In this document: positions 37,984 to 50,669 of the stretch, one piece after another
How positions within the stretch are numbered: the stretch's first letter is position 1
Layout: the number at the start of each line of letters is the position of its first letter
Assembly: GCA_002269645.1 (NCBI GenBank)
Contig: NIVC01000248.1
Coordinates: forward strand, 62,001 to 126,000
DNA length: 64,000 bases
Source: Macrostomum lignano
Taxonomy: Eukaryota
Reading direction: 5' to 3'
Position numbers and translations under genes: made by a program
The notes under the pieces: generated by a model
The model's database searches: none
Seen by the model: the letters and a program-made list of their open reading frames with translations, nothing else
What the model was told of the DNA's origin: nothing

Positions 37984-40900
37984 ATGGAGCGAATCGCCTC
38001 CAATCTGGAAGTGAAGTCCGGCTTCCTATTGAAAAAGTCGCAGAACCGGCACTTTTTCACCAGGGACAATTACAAGCGCAGATTCTTTGTGCTGTCGCCC
38101 ATGAGTCTGCAGTACTTTGAGCCTTCGGATGAGGTAAGGGATTCATTTTAATCACGAGTATTGCATCAAATGCATTTAATGACCAAGATTTATTGGCAAG
38201 ATCAGTGCCAAGTCATTTTTCATTTTGCGCACTTCATTCATTTCAATTCTTTCAAATCTGCGACATACTTCTTTCCCATTCTTAGAAATAGTGACACAAT
38301 TCATTCCCATTCTTAGAAATAGTGACACAATTCATTCCCATTCTTAGAAATAGTGACACAATTCATTCCCATTCTTAGAAATAGCGACACAAAAAAGTCA
38401 TTCCCATTCTTAGAAATAGCGACACAAAAAAGTCATTCCCATTCTTAGAAATAGCGCCACAATTCATTCCCATTCTTAGAAATAGCGCCACAATTCATTC
38501 CAATTCTTAGAAATAGCGCCACAATTCATTCCCATTCTTAGAAATAGCGCATTTTGACTTACTTGACTTAGCTGCAGGGCTGTCCCGGAGGGGACACAGC
38601 GGGAAGGCGCGGGCGCCCATTCCGCTAGTCCCTGAACGGCCGACGCGTCGCTATGGACGGAGGGTTGGCGCCGCCCAGGGAGGTCCCCCAGTGTCGCCAG
38701 CAGCTATAGTGCTCTCTGGAAAGGAGAGTTCAGCCCTGCGGGTGGCCCGAAGGTAGCGCATGAGCTGATTAAAGTTTTCGGGTTTGCACGCTTCAGTAAT
38801 AGATGTGTGTGGCCCGAGGTAAGTGAGTCTGGCCTGCGTGAAGGCGGGACAGATGCTGACGAAATGCTCAGCGGTTTCGTCACCTGAGTTGCAGAAACTG
38901 CAGGTGGCGTTGGTGGCGTTGCCCTGCAGGTGCTGGTGCCTGGAGAAGCAGCCGTGACCAGAGAGGGTCATGGTGGCAGCCCGGATGTCTCTGCGCGAGA
39001 GGCGCAAGAGGAGCTTCCGGAGCTGGTGAGAGGGCTGAGGGACAGCGCCTCTGGATTTCCTGCAGGTAGTGCAGTTCGCCCAAGTCGAGCGGTGCTGGGT
39101 CCTGATCCACGCTTTGATGCGCGAGTCGATGACACAGCCAGGAATCGGGACAAGAGGTTCGGGACCGAGAGAGGAGCCGGAGGCACCAACTTTTGCAAGG
39201 GTGTCAGCCAACTCATTTCCTCGGATCCCCACATGCCCCGGAACCCACTTAAGGGTAATTTTGTTGGTGGAACCCAACACGTTGAGGAGTTTGATACAGT
39301 CGAGGACTGTAGCAGAGTTGGTGCTGCAGCCACTGATGGCGTGCAAGGCAGCTTGGCTGTCCGAATGGAAAATGATGTTCTTACCAGTAACGCCAGTGGC
39401 GAGAAGCTCTGCAGTGCAGGAGCTGATGGCCAGAACTTCATTTTGGAAAACACTGGAGTTGACCCCAGTGTATTGAGCGTGGGTAGCGATGACCCTCCCG
39501 TTCAGAAAGATTCCAACACCAAAGCCGGTGTTGGCTGACTGCTTAGAACCGTCGGTGTAGCAATGAAGCTCACCAGGGTTCCATTGGTCATTGATGTTAT
39601 CGCGCGAGTCGATAGCTACGGAGTAGCGCTGTCTCAGGTTGAGCGTTGAGGCAATGCCATCGGTGAAGACGCGATTGGCCTGACACTCGTTGAGAAAGTT
39701 GAGGCACAGGTCGCTATGCGGGACAAGGTTCCGCTTAGCAGGTGCTCTCATGTAAATGAATTTGACGCCGGCATCAATTAGACGCCGCGTCGTTCTAGCC
39801 GCCTCACCCCTGACGAAGAGGTCAAGAGGCGGTAGATTAAGGAAGGCCCCCATGCCAGCAAAGGGCGTGGACCTGGTGGCGTTGCAGATGAGCGTACACG
39901 CTCTGCCTTGGATCGTGTTGAGCAGGTCTGCATGGCTTTTGACCTGGGTAGCGCTAACCCAGACAACCGAGGCGTATGAGGTCTAACTACGGAAGTATAG
40001 ATTCACCAAAGCCGCTTTCGGGATAGACCCCAAGAAGTGCCAAGGGCTCGTCGGAGCTGGGCCAGGATGGCTGAGGCACGCTTGGCTTTTGCTTTCACGT
40101 GGTAGGACCAGTTGAGCCGGTGGTCAAGTGTGACCCCGAGACATCTGGTCTGGTGCGCGAAGGCAATATCTCTGCCGTAGAGCTGCAGAGGACGTATGTT
40201 CCAGCGTAGTCTGCTGGTAAACATAATGGCAACGGTTTTGGGCTCAGAGAGTTCCAGACCATTGTCATTGGCCCAGGATTCTGCTTTGCGGATAAAGCTC
40301 TGCATCAGATCCCTGAGCGTGCTGGGAGACGGTCCTGCCACAATGGCCGTGACGTCATCAGCATACCCGACTTTGAAGACGGGGTCGGGTCGGGAGTCAC
40401 TCAGAAGAGCGTCCATGACCAGGTTCCAGAGCGTCGGGGTGAGGACTCCGCCTTGGGGTCCACCCTTTCAGACTCTGGTGGAGGCAGTTTGCCCAAGAAG
40501 TTGGGCAGTGACCGTACGGTTGGAGATCATGTACATGATCCACCGTATGAGGGTAGCATGAGCTTTGCGATTTTGAAGGGCCCTCTGAAACGCTTCAAAG
40601 ATAACGTTGTCGAAGGCGCCAACAATGTCAAGAAAGAGAGCCAGGGCGTAACCGTCACCCAGTACCGCCCGTTCAATCTTCTCGACAATCGCATGCAGGG
40701 CGCTGTAGAAATAGCGCAACAATTCATTCCCATTCTTAGAAATAGCGCCACAATTAATTCCCATTCTTAGAAATAGCGTTACAATTCTTTCCCATTCTTA
40801 GAAATAGCGCCACCATTCATTCCCATTCTTAGAAATATCGTTACAATTCTTTCCCATTCTTAGAAATAGCGCCACAATTCATTCCCATTCTCAGAAATAG

Positions 40901-43900
40901 CGCCACAATTCATTCCCATTCTTAGAAATAGCGTTACAATTCTTTCCCATTCTTAGAAATAGCGTTACAATTCTTTCCCATTCTTAGAAATAGCGTTACA
41001 ATTCTTTCCCATTCTTAGAAATAGCGCCACAATTCATTCCCATTCTTAGAAATAGCATCACAATTCATTCCAATTCTTAGAAATAGTGCCACAATTCATT
41101 CCCATTCTTAGAAATAGCGCCACAATTCATTCCCATTCTTAGAAATAGCGACACAATTCATTCCCATTCTTAGAAATAGCATCACAATTCATTCCAATTC
41201 TTAGAAATAGCGCCACAATTCATTCCCATTCTTAGAAATAGCGCCACAATTAATTCCCATTCTTAGAAATAGAATCACAATTCATTCCCATTCTTAGAAA
41301 TAGCATCACAATTCATTCCCATTCTTAGAAATAGCGCCACAATTCATTCCCATTCTTAGAAATAGCGACACAATTCATTCCTATTCTTAGAAATAGCGTT
41401 ACAATTTGAGGTGGGGTGGAGAAAATTTTTTTGGAAATTCCCGGTTTTGGAAATTTGCTGACACTAATGAGGTGGGGCGGATTCCACGTTTGAATTGCCG
41501 CCGACGTTGAGTTCGCACGAATAAAACCGGAAAAATCGCGCAGACGAATCTCAACGGGGAAACTTCTCCTTTTACTCCGACTGCCGGGTTCTCAAGTCCG
41601 GGGGGAGGGTAGTCGTAATCGTAGCGGAGCGGTCGTAGAGCGGCGGCACGGTCGTTCAGTTGTAGACACCGGAGATTTTGACTCCGTAAATTAATGCGTC
41701 GATGTGTTGAACTCGTTACTGTCAGTAGGGTAGAGCTGCCACCACCGTAATTTACGTATTACGGAACGAATAAGTCCCAGAGCTTTCTTTGAGATGAGGA
41801 CTTTTGGTTATTTTACGCCCTACGGGCAAATGACTCAATAAATACTATGGCTTATGTCAACGGAATAAATATGGATTGGATTAAATGTTTATTTGGTGTC
41901 TTATTATTAACGAAACAGGCTTATAGCTTAGTTATTCTTAATATTTGAGACGAGGATGAAATTCACGGGCGCCGGTGCGCTAAGTAAACTTAGGATAAAG
42001 AAAACTGGTACGCTAAAACTTAACTTTAGAAAGGTAGGAGACGGTGGTAAACGGAACTAGGAAAAGGTTACTTGAGACGATTCGTCATGAGCAGATTAAA
42101 TAGTGAGAAAATAGCATGAACATTAATTGGAGGAGGCACTGGACTGGCCGTTGGATTAAAATACAATGCGTGGATACAACGGGTGGACGGCTTTGTCGCA
42201 ATGAGGAAAGAATAATTATAACAAAAAATCCAACGAAGGGGAACACACACTGTCCAAAGGATGGAAGCCACATACAGTAGCTAAATGTCCACTTAACGGA
42301 AATACAATGCCAAAATTCACTGAGTGGACACAAAATTAATGTTGCTTGTGCATGCGATTTAAAACCTCGGGCCGGGTTTTCTGGGTCGGTGTTTCTCGCC
42401 CCTCGCTGGCTGAGCTAGCTAGTCGGGCACTTTTGCACAAATTTCGACTCCGCGGGTGATTCCTGTGTAATGTCGGGTGCTGGGAACTGCCGGGCGAGGC
42501 TGCTCCAACTTCGGCAATCGTTAGCAGCTTTAGGCCCGGGGGCGCTCGCAATTTCCCAGAAGAGCAGCTCCATCAACTGCTGCGTGGGCTCCAGGGCGGC
42601 GGCGGCTGGGGCCTCCGGGGCGTTGAGCTCGGCGTCTGGCCGTCCAGGGTTGGCGTCGTCCTGCCAGTCGGCCGGCGGTAAAGGGGGCGTGAGGTTGCCG
42701 GGTTCCAACAGTCGCACGATGTCGTCCAACTTGGGTTGGGAGCGCGCGGCAGGATCGAGTTGGCGGCAGGACCCATCGGGATCCCACGATCTTCATTCAG
42801 TAGTTCGAGAAACGGTTGCTGACCGGCCGGAGCTTCAGCTCCCCACATCGGGTCGTCGAACATGTTAGGCACAGTTACAGTTGAAGCAGAGGGGATAAAT
42901 ATGGTGAGCAATAAATAGGTATGGATATATATACAGGAGTATGGGCAAATTTGGCTGGCAGAAAATAATATGAACAGGTAGCAAAGGAACGCAGGAATTC
43001 AATTTACAAATTGAGAAATCAGTTCCGAGACAAGTTGCGGTTTAAATACTCCAAAAGTTATCCACTGGCTGGAGAAAGGGTGTTCCAACCAAAAAAACCA
43101 GCCACCAGCTGCACGTACTCTATGGCGGGTACGCACAGGGATGGGGTGGGTGAATTGAAACGAAAAGGCAATAAAACAGATAACCGCGCGGCAGGGGGGG
43201 TCCAAAATCAAAGAATTGAAATGGGGCGCCTGAGCGGCTTACACAAAATAGGTCGGCGGTTAGGATATCTGAATAGCGCAGCGCGTAAACAGATAGAAAA
43301 AAGGGAGCAATTGGTGGGCTCCTTCATACTAAGATAATATTGAATGAACAGTTTAGTGACCGGGGCTTCATAAGAAGTTACAGGAGCAGGGGCTCACAAA
43401 TGGCACTGGGAAGGGGAGCCCAACTTGGCTGCCCGTACAACGTTCCCAGGCTCGAGCAAAAAAATCCAAACAAAGAGCAGGGGTCGAGTCACCTTAAATG
43501 CCCTCCGCTGAGGACAAGGCCTAGAACCGGGGCGCTTGACCTGAGCGGGGCAGAAGACAGTTTGGCCCTAAGACAGTGGGCTAGCAAACTGGAAACAAAA
43601 TTACCTACAGTTTTAATCGAACTGTAAGGTGTACAACATTCGCTGCTTTTCTCTTGAAAGCATAATGAATAAAAAGGGGGGGCACTTCTGCACTTTGAAC
43701 GTGTGCGAAGAAGCTTACAGCAGTGGGGATTCGAAAAATCAGATGAAAAGTGAAAATTCAAAATAACGCAATGATTTTACCGTATCGCATTGATTAATGA
43801 GGACGCGTTGATTAAATATTGTCGCATTAGTGCGTGCTTTTACCACAAAGCATAAGGATATGTACAGCGCATGGGTGCTGATTAATGAATCGCATCGAAT

Positions 43901-46900
43901 AAATTTTGCAAAAATTTCACGCTATACATGAGCACGGGAAACTATACACTGCTTTTACCGGAAAGCATAAGGAAAATGAGAACCTGCTTTCATCCATCCC
44001 TTAAGCATAAGGAAGGTACATTGAAATTAAAATTGACGCCTGCTTTTAGCCTGAAAGCATAAGGAAATGACAACTGCTTTTAACCCTGAAGCATAAGGAA
44101 AAGTACATTGAAATTAAAATTGACGCCTGTGTTGTCTCGACACTCGTAAAGCCGGAAAATTTCTCGAATTGATGCACTGATTCTTCTCCTTGGTTACTCC
44201 GTCTGCCGGGGTCCTCAATTCCGGGGGGAGGGTAGTCGTAATCGCAGTCGAGCGGTCTTTTAGCGGCACGGTCGTTCAAATTCTGTCCTCAGACACCGTA
44301 AAATTCGTAGACTGTCGAAATGCTCGTTTTGTTACTGCCAGTAGTAAAGTAGCGCTGCCACCACCGTAATTTCGTATTACGGAACGATGAGGGTCTCTGA
44401 GTTTTCTTTGAGTTGAGACTGATTGGTTATTTTACGCCCCACGGGCAAATGACTCGATAGAAAACTTAAGGCTTCGATTCGGAACAACTGAATAAATATA
44501 TTATTGTTGTTGGAGAACTTATTATTATTCTTTATTATTGCTGTCGTTAAAAATTAGAACTACTCGAGATAGATTCGGTCGTGCCGAGTGCGAGCTGAGA
44601 GAACTAAAGTAGAACTAGGAACTAAACAAAATTGATGCAAACAGCAAACCACGGAGAGACTAACAAACTAAAACACGAACCTAAACTAAAACTACAAACA
44701 CGGATAATGAAAGGAGGAGCGAGCGAGCGAGCGTAGAGAAAATGACTCCAATGACAACGTAAATATATAAAAATTGGCGTGGAGGATCCACGGGGTGGGA
44801 CAGAGGATGGGACAAAGGAAGGGACAACGATGGGAAACGAGAAAAACCCGGCCACTGGAAACATTAAAACAACAGGGGCCAAGGGAGGGAACAGCAAAGG
44901 GAACAGACGAGGGAGCAAAGGCGGAGACAACCGGGGAGCAAAAATTAAAAAATATGACGTCAATCGTTATCCGATGGAGTTGAGCTGGTCGCAGCCAGCC
45001 GTTGTCCGCGCTGGAGGCCTGCCGTCGTTCACCCCAGTGGTAGACCGACCTACCACAAATTCATTCCCATTCTTAGAAATAGCGACACAATTCATTCCCA
45101 TTCTTAGTAATAGCAACACAATTCATTTCATAATTTAGAATCCGCGCCACAAGATGAAAGGCCGCATATTCCTGGCCCTGATGAAGGCCGTGGAGACTGT
45201 GCAGCGAGGCGCGCTAGACTGCCAGCAGCAGTCGGAGACGCCGCAGTCCGGCGAATCCTGCAGCTTGCAGATTGTCTACGTGGAGGACGTGCACAACACT
45301 TTCTACACGATGTACGCCACGGCGCCCAGCCAATCAGAGCGAGACTCCTGGCTGTCGGCCATCAGGCAGCACGCGGTGGCGCGCGGTGCCAGATTCGCGC
45401 CAACCTATCACCCGAGCGTGTGGCGCGCCGGCCGATTCGCCTGTTGCGCCGCCGGGGACAAGCGCGCCCAGGGCTGCCAGCCGGCAACGCCAACGGATGG
45501 CGCCGCGGCGACCGGCGCCCTGGAAGAGAACGGCTCCGGACGGCAGCCGCTGGCGCCGCACAGCCGGTCTCTGTCTAACCTGCAGCAGCCGCAGCAGCAG
45601 CAGCAGCAAGCTGAAGCAGTTGCCGCTTCAACTGAAGCTTCTGGCGCCGTTGTTGGCGACGCCGCCGGTGTGACAGCGGCTGCTCCCCCAGTCGGTGGCA
45701 ACGTGGTGGTTGCTATCCACAATTTCCGGCCCATGCGGGAGAACCAACTCAAACTGGAGAAGGTGCGGCATTGGGATATTTTAATCGAAGGGTTTGCGTA
45801 CGGGTTGCTCCTCCTAGAATCCGGGATCAGTCCCTTCAGTCTAGTCGGGATTCGGGATCAGTCTCTTCAATCTAGTCGGGATTCGGGATCAGTCTCTTCA
45901 ATCTAGTCGGGATTCGGGGTCAGTCTCATCAATCTAGTCGGGATTCGGGATCAGTCTCTTCAATCTAGTCGGGATTCGGGATCAGTCTCTTCAATCTAGT
46001 CGGGATTCGGGATCAGTCCCTTCAGTCTAGTCGGGATTCGGGATCAGTCTCATCAATCTAGTCGGGATTCGGGATCAGTCTCTTCAATCTAGTCGGGATT
46101 CGGGATCAGTCTCTTCAATCTAGTCGGGATTCGGGATCAGTCTCATCAATCTAGTCGGGATTCGGGATCAGTCTCTTCAATCTAGTCGGGATTCGGGGTC
46201 AGTCTCTTCAATCTAGTCGGGATTCGGGGTCAGTCTCTTCAATCTAGTCGGGATTCGGGATCAGTCCCTTCAGTCTAGTCGGGATTCGGGGTCAATCTCT
46301 TCAATCTAGTCGGGATTCGGGATCAGTCCCTTCAGTCTAGTCGGGATTCGGGATCAGTCTCATCAATCTAGTCGGGATTCGGGATCAGTCTCTTCAATCT
46401 AGTCGGGATTCGGGGTCAGTCTCTTCAATCTAGTCGGGATTCGGGGTCAGTCTCTTCAATCTAGTCGGGATTCGGGATCAGTCCCTTCAGTCTAGTCGGG
46501 ATTCGGGGTCAATCTCTTCAATCTAGTCGGGATTCGGGATCAGTCCCTTCAGTCTAGTCGGGATTCGGGGTCAATCTCTTCAATCTAGTCGGGATTCGGG
46601 GTCAGTCTCTTCAATCTAGTCGGGATTCGGGGTCAATCTCTTCAATCTAGTCGGGATTCGGGGTCAGTCTCTTCAATCTAGTCGGGATTCGGGGTCAGTC
46701 TCTTCAATCTAGTCGGGATTCGGGATCAGTCCCTTCAGTCTAGTCGGGATTCGGGGTCAGTCTCTTCAATCTAGTCGGGATTCGGGATCAGTCCCTTCAG
46801 TCTAGTCGGGATTCGGGGTCAATCCTTCCAGTCTAGTCGGGATTCAGGGTCAATCCTTTTAGTATAGTCGGGATTCGGGATCAGTCCCTTCAGTCTAGTC

Positions 46901-49900
46901 GGGATTCGGGATCAGTCCCTTCAGTCTAGTCGTTCGGGATCAGTCCCTTCAGTCTAGTCGGGATTCGGGGTCAGTCCTTTCAGTCTAGTCGGAATTCGGG
47001 GTCATATCTCTCTACAAAACGTGCATAGCCTATTAAAGCACTTTCACTCACGCTATGCTGCACTGTAGGGCAATCGCTACATAGTAGTGGACGGCACCAA
47101 TTCAAAGTGGTGGTACGTGCGCGACTCTGCCGGGTGAGTGCTCTGGTTATTGCATTTCGTATTTCAAATCTAGTTTACAATTTGTTTTATTTTTACCATG
47201 AATGAAGTGTGTTGGCATTATTAATTTTGCACAATTGCAGCGAATACGGCTACATACCGACTAACTACATTCGCAAGCCAGATAGTTTGGAAACTTTCGA
47301 GTGAGCGCTGTCTGGTTGCTTTGATTTATGCTATCATTTATAGAGATCGTGACAGTAGTAGGTAAGGTAGATTAGAGACTGAGAAATAGGTATAGTACAT
47401 AGCGCCTGAGATGTAGATAAGGTAGATACTGACTGAGAATTAGGAAGTAGATAGTGACTCAGAAGTAGATAAGCTAGATACTGACTGAGAAGTAGATTAG
47501 GTGGCTACTAACCGAGAAGTAGATAAGGTAGATATTGACAAAGACGTAGAGAAGGTTATGCGTGACTGAGAAGTAGTGACTGAGAAGTAGATAAGGTACA
47601 TAGTGACTTAGGTAGATAAATTAGGTAGAGACTGAGAAGTAGATAAGATAGGTAGAGACTTAGAAGTAGAAATGTAGATAGTTACTGAGAAGTAGATAAG
47701 ATACATAGTGACTTAGGTAGATAAGGCAGGTAGAGACTTAGAGGTAGAAAAGGTAAATAGTGATTGAGAATATAGGTAGAGACTGAGAAGTAGATAAGGT
47801 AGATGGCGCCTCATAAGTAGATAATATAGGTAGAGACTGAGAAGTAGATAAGTTAGGTAGAGACTGAGAAGTAGATAAGGTAGGCAGAGACTGAGAAGTA
47901 GATAAGGTAGATAGAGACTGAAAAGTAGATAAGGTAGATAGAGACTGAAAAGTAGATAGTTAGGTAGAGACTGAGAAGTAGATAAAGTAAGTAGAGACTC
48001 AGAAGTAGATGTAAGGTAGATAGTGACTGAGAAGTAGATAAGGTAGGTAGAGACTGAGAAAAGATATGGATAGCCGCAATAGATGATCATCATCGATCTT
48101 GTGTTGCACCAGCCCAAAAGTTCACCTTATTGCCCCGCCTGCTTCAACCAAATCGCAGTTGGTATTACCGCAAGATCAGCCGCCAGCGGGCTGAGCACAT
48201 GCTGCTGGATGCCGGCAGGAAGGAGGGCTGCTTCCTGGTCCGGGACTCGGTCTCAAAAAAGGACGCCTACACCCTGTCTGTTATGGCTAAGGATGTGAAC
48301 AAGTGAGTTACATGCTATCCGTGTTTAATGCTTCAACTACTCATAGTAGGTAACCGGAGAATTTTGTCTTCTAAATTTGTTTTTCAGCCGAAGCGAGTGG
48401 CGAGTGCACCACTATCACATCAACCTGACGGAGGACAACCAGTTCTATCTGTCTGAGAAGCACGCATTTCCGTCCATTCCTGAGCTTATTTACTATCACA
48501 AGCACAATTCCGGAGGTGCGTGAATCACTAGTTCATATAGGAGTACTGAGCTCCATTTGCTGTCACATTCACACAGTAATCACGCAGTCACACAGTACTC
48601 CTAATTGCAAACTCCCGTAGTAATCCAACATTCAAACAGTAAGGTGGTATTGACACAATATACATGTAATAATTTCACATTAACACAGTAATCCCATTCA
48701 CACAGCAATGACATTTTCGCATTCACACAGTAATCGCATTCACACAGTAATCGCATTCACACAGTAATCGCATTCACACAGTAATTACATTCACACAGTA
48801 ATTACATTCACACAGTAATCGCATTCACACAGTAATCGCATTCACACAGTAATTACATTCACACAGTAATCGCATTCACACAGTAATCGCATTCACACAG
48901 TAATCGCATTCACACAGTAATCGCATTCACACAGTAATTACATTCACACAGTAATCGCATTCACACAGTAATCGCATGTCTCACAATCGTCCCCTACGTC
49001 CGCAACTCGAATTCTGGACACTCCAGGCCTGGTTGTCCGACTTCGATCGCCGCCCAGCCTCGGCCAGGAGGCGCCAGCCCCGGCCGGCCTCGGCTTCGAC
49101 GAGCTGGAGGTGGACCCGGCCGAGCTGCGCCTGGACCCGGAGCCGGTCGGCCGCGGCCAATTCGGCGAAGTCCGTCGGGGCCAGCTGCGCGGCACGCAGG
49201 TAGCCGTGAAGCTGATGCTGGACGGCAACATGGCCGAGGACGATTTCATTGAGGAGGCCAGGAATATGCGGAACCTGAACCACCCCAACCTGGTGCAGCT
49301 GTTCGGCGTGGTCACCAAGTCCAAGCCGGTGATGATCATCACCGACTTCATGCCCTATGGATCGTTGAAGGACTTTTTGCGATCGAGGCGGACTCACTAT
49401 CTGAAGAATAATCGGCTTGCGGCTCTGCTAGACGTCTGCAATCAAGTCGCCGTGGCAATGATGTACCTGGAGGAGAGGAATGTCATCCACAGGGATCTGG
49501 CATCTAGGAATATTCTTGTCAAGTCTGTGCTGCATCTGCACGGCTACATTGAAGTAAGGGGAGCTGCGGGGTGGGGCCCAGGGTCTGGTAAAGGAGTAGA
49601 GACTGTCCGGTAAAGGCACTGTCCGGTAGGAGGGTAGACTGATCGGTAGAAGAGAGGGTAGAGACTGTCCGGTAAAGGCACTGTCCGGTAGAAGGGTAGA
49701 CTGATTGGTAGAAGGGAGGGTAGAGACTGTCCGGTAAAGGCACTGTCCGGTAGAAGGGTAGACTGATCGGTAGAAGGGTAGAGACTGTCCGGTAAAGGCA
49801 CTGTCCGGTAGGAGGGTCTATGATCGGTAGAAGGGTAGAGACTGTCCGGTAAAGGCACTGTCCGGTAGGAGGGTCTATGATCGGTAGAAGGGTAGAGACT

Positions 49901-50607
49901 GTCCGGTAGTAGGGTAGAGACTTCCCGGTAGGAAGGTAGAGATAGTCCGGTAGAATGGTAGACTTCCAGTAGAAGGGTTGAGACTGCCTGGTAGGAGGGT
50001 AGAGACTGCCTGGTAGGAGGGTAGAGACTGCCTGGTAGAAGGGTAGAGACTGCCTGGTAGAATGTTAAAGACTTCAGGTAGGAGAGTCCGGTATAATTGG
50101 AAGGACTGCCTGGTAGAAGGGTAGAGACTGTCCGGTAGAAGGGTAGAGACTGTCGGGTAGAAGGTGATGAGTAAAATGATCAATGCATCAGAAAGATGGT
50201 CGTCTCTCTCGCAGGTGAAGGTGAGCGACTTCGGCATGGCGCGGTTCCTGCTGGACCAGGAGTATGACGCATCGGCGGGCTCAAAGTTCCCGGTGCGCTG
50301 GGCGGCCCCCGAGGTGTTCCAGTGCAACAAGTACAGCGCCAGGTCGGACGTGTGGGCGTTCGGCGTCCTCATGTGGGAGGTGTTTACCGCCTGCGACACT
50401 CCGTACCAGGGCAAGACCAACCCGGAGGTGTGCGAGTACGTCATGGAGGGCGGCGTGCTGGAGAAGCCCCGCCTCTGTCCGGAGCAGCAGGTGTACATCT
50501 ACGTCATGCTGGAGTGCTGGAAGGCCAGCCCGGTTGAACGGCCAACGTTCAGCGCCATCGTGGCCAAGTTTGACACCCTGCTGGAGAGCAGCAATGCTCT
50601 GCACTGA
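37984..50607 (+). CDS. TEC: Tec/Btk-family non-receptor tyrosine kinase (PH-TH-SH3-SH2-kinase), ~696 aa
   Basis: Exons 37984-38133, 45139-45762, 47069-47133, 47241-47300, 48159-48302, 48388-48515, 49027-49553, 50215-50607; phases consistent; 2091 nt, open. PH ([10 protein letters not shown]...NYKRRFFVL), Btk motif ([14 protein letters not shown]...GC), SH3 ([14 protein letters not shown]), SH2 (WYY...FLVRDS), kinase ([31 protein letters not shown]). Orthology within the Tec family is not resolved. Confidence 0.93.
38552..40705 (-). mobile_element. 5'-truncated non-LTR retrotransposon (RT + RNase H + CCHC; I/Loa/R1-group-like), disrupted
   Basis: RT motifs [26 protein letters not shown]; RNase H ([21 protein letters not shown]); [18 protein letters not shown]; in-frame stop at 40468 and breaks near 40003; 3' tail (TAAGTCAAG)n; 13-bp TSD TAGAAATAGCGCA at 38539-38551 and 40706-40718. 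Confidence 0.92.
41407..45057. mobile_element. Unclassified 3.65-kb insertion with TG...CA termini and AATT TSD (possible very long solo LTR or deleted LTR element)
   Basis: Interrupts the 31-bp array at ACAATT^CATTCCC; AATT at 41403-41406 and 45058-45061; ends TGAGGTGG / CTACCACA (imperfect inverted repeat); internal diverged direct repeat ~41545-41850 vs ~44165-44460; no RT, integrase or transposase ORF recognised. Confidence 0.6.
45820..47005. repeat. Intronic minisatellite, 31-bp unit TCTAGTCGGGATTCGGGATCAGTCTCTTCAA
   Basis: Tandem array in Tec intron 2. Confidence 0.95.
47365..48060. repeat. Degenerate purine-rich minisatellite (GACTGAGAAGTAGATAAGGTAG)
   Basis: Tandem degenerate units in Tec intron 4. 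Confidence 0.85.
48720..48975. repeat. 17-bp minisatellite CGCATTCACACAGTAAT
   Basis: Tandem array in Tec intron 6. Confidence 0.92.
49590..50160. repeat. Minisatellite of ~20-bp subunits (GTAGAGACTGTCCGGTAGAAGG) with ~58-bp higher-order period
   Basis: Tandem array in Tec intron 7. Confidence 0.88.
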
Positions 50608-50669
50608 CTGCGCGCCAGCTGCTCCATGATCGGTGCTCCGAGTGTTGGCTCGAGATTCCATTCTTCCCT

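Larger units (their letters stand above)
38275..45125. repeat. 31-bp minisatellite (AATTCATTCCCATTCTTAGAAATAGCGCCAC) split into three blocks: 38275-38551, 40706-41406, 45058-45125
   Basis: The same unit resumes after each of two insertions in Tec intron 1. Confidence 0.92.

Noticed and set aside
41407-45057. Helitron/Helentron interpretation of the 3.65-kb element (terminal hairpin, 7-bp TGGGGTG/CACCCCA sub-TIR)
   Set aside because: No TC...CTRR ends, and a 4-bp TSD with TG...CA fits an LTR-type origin better. Left unclassified.
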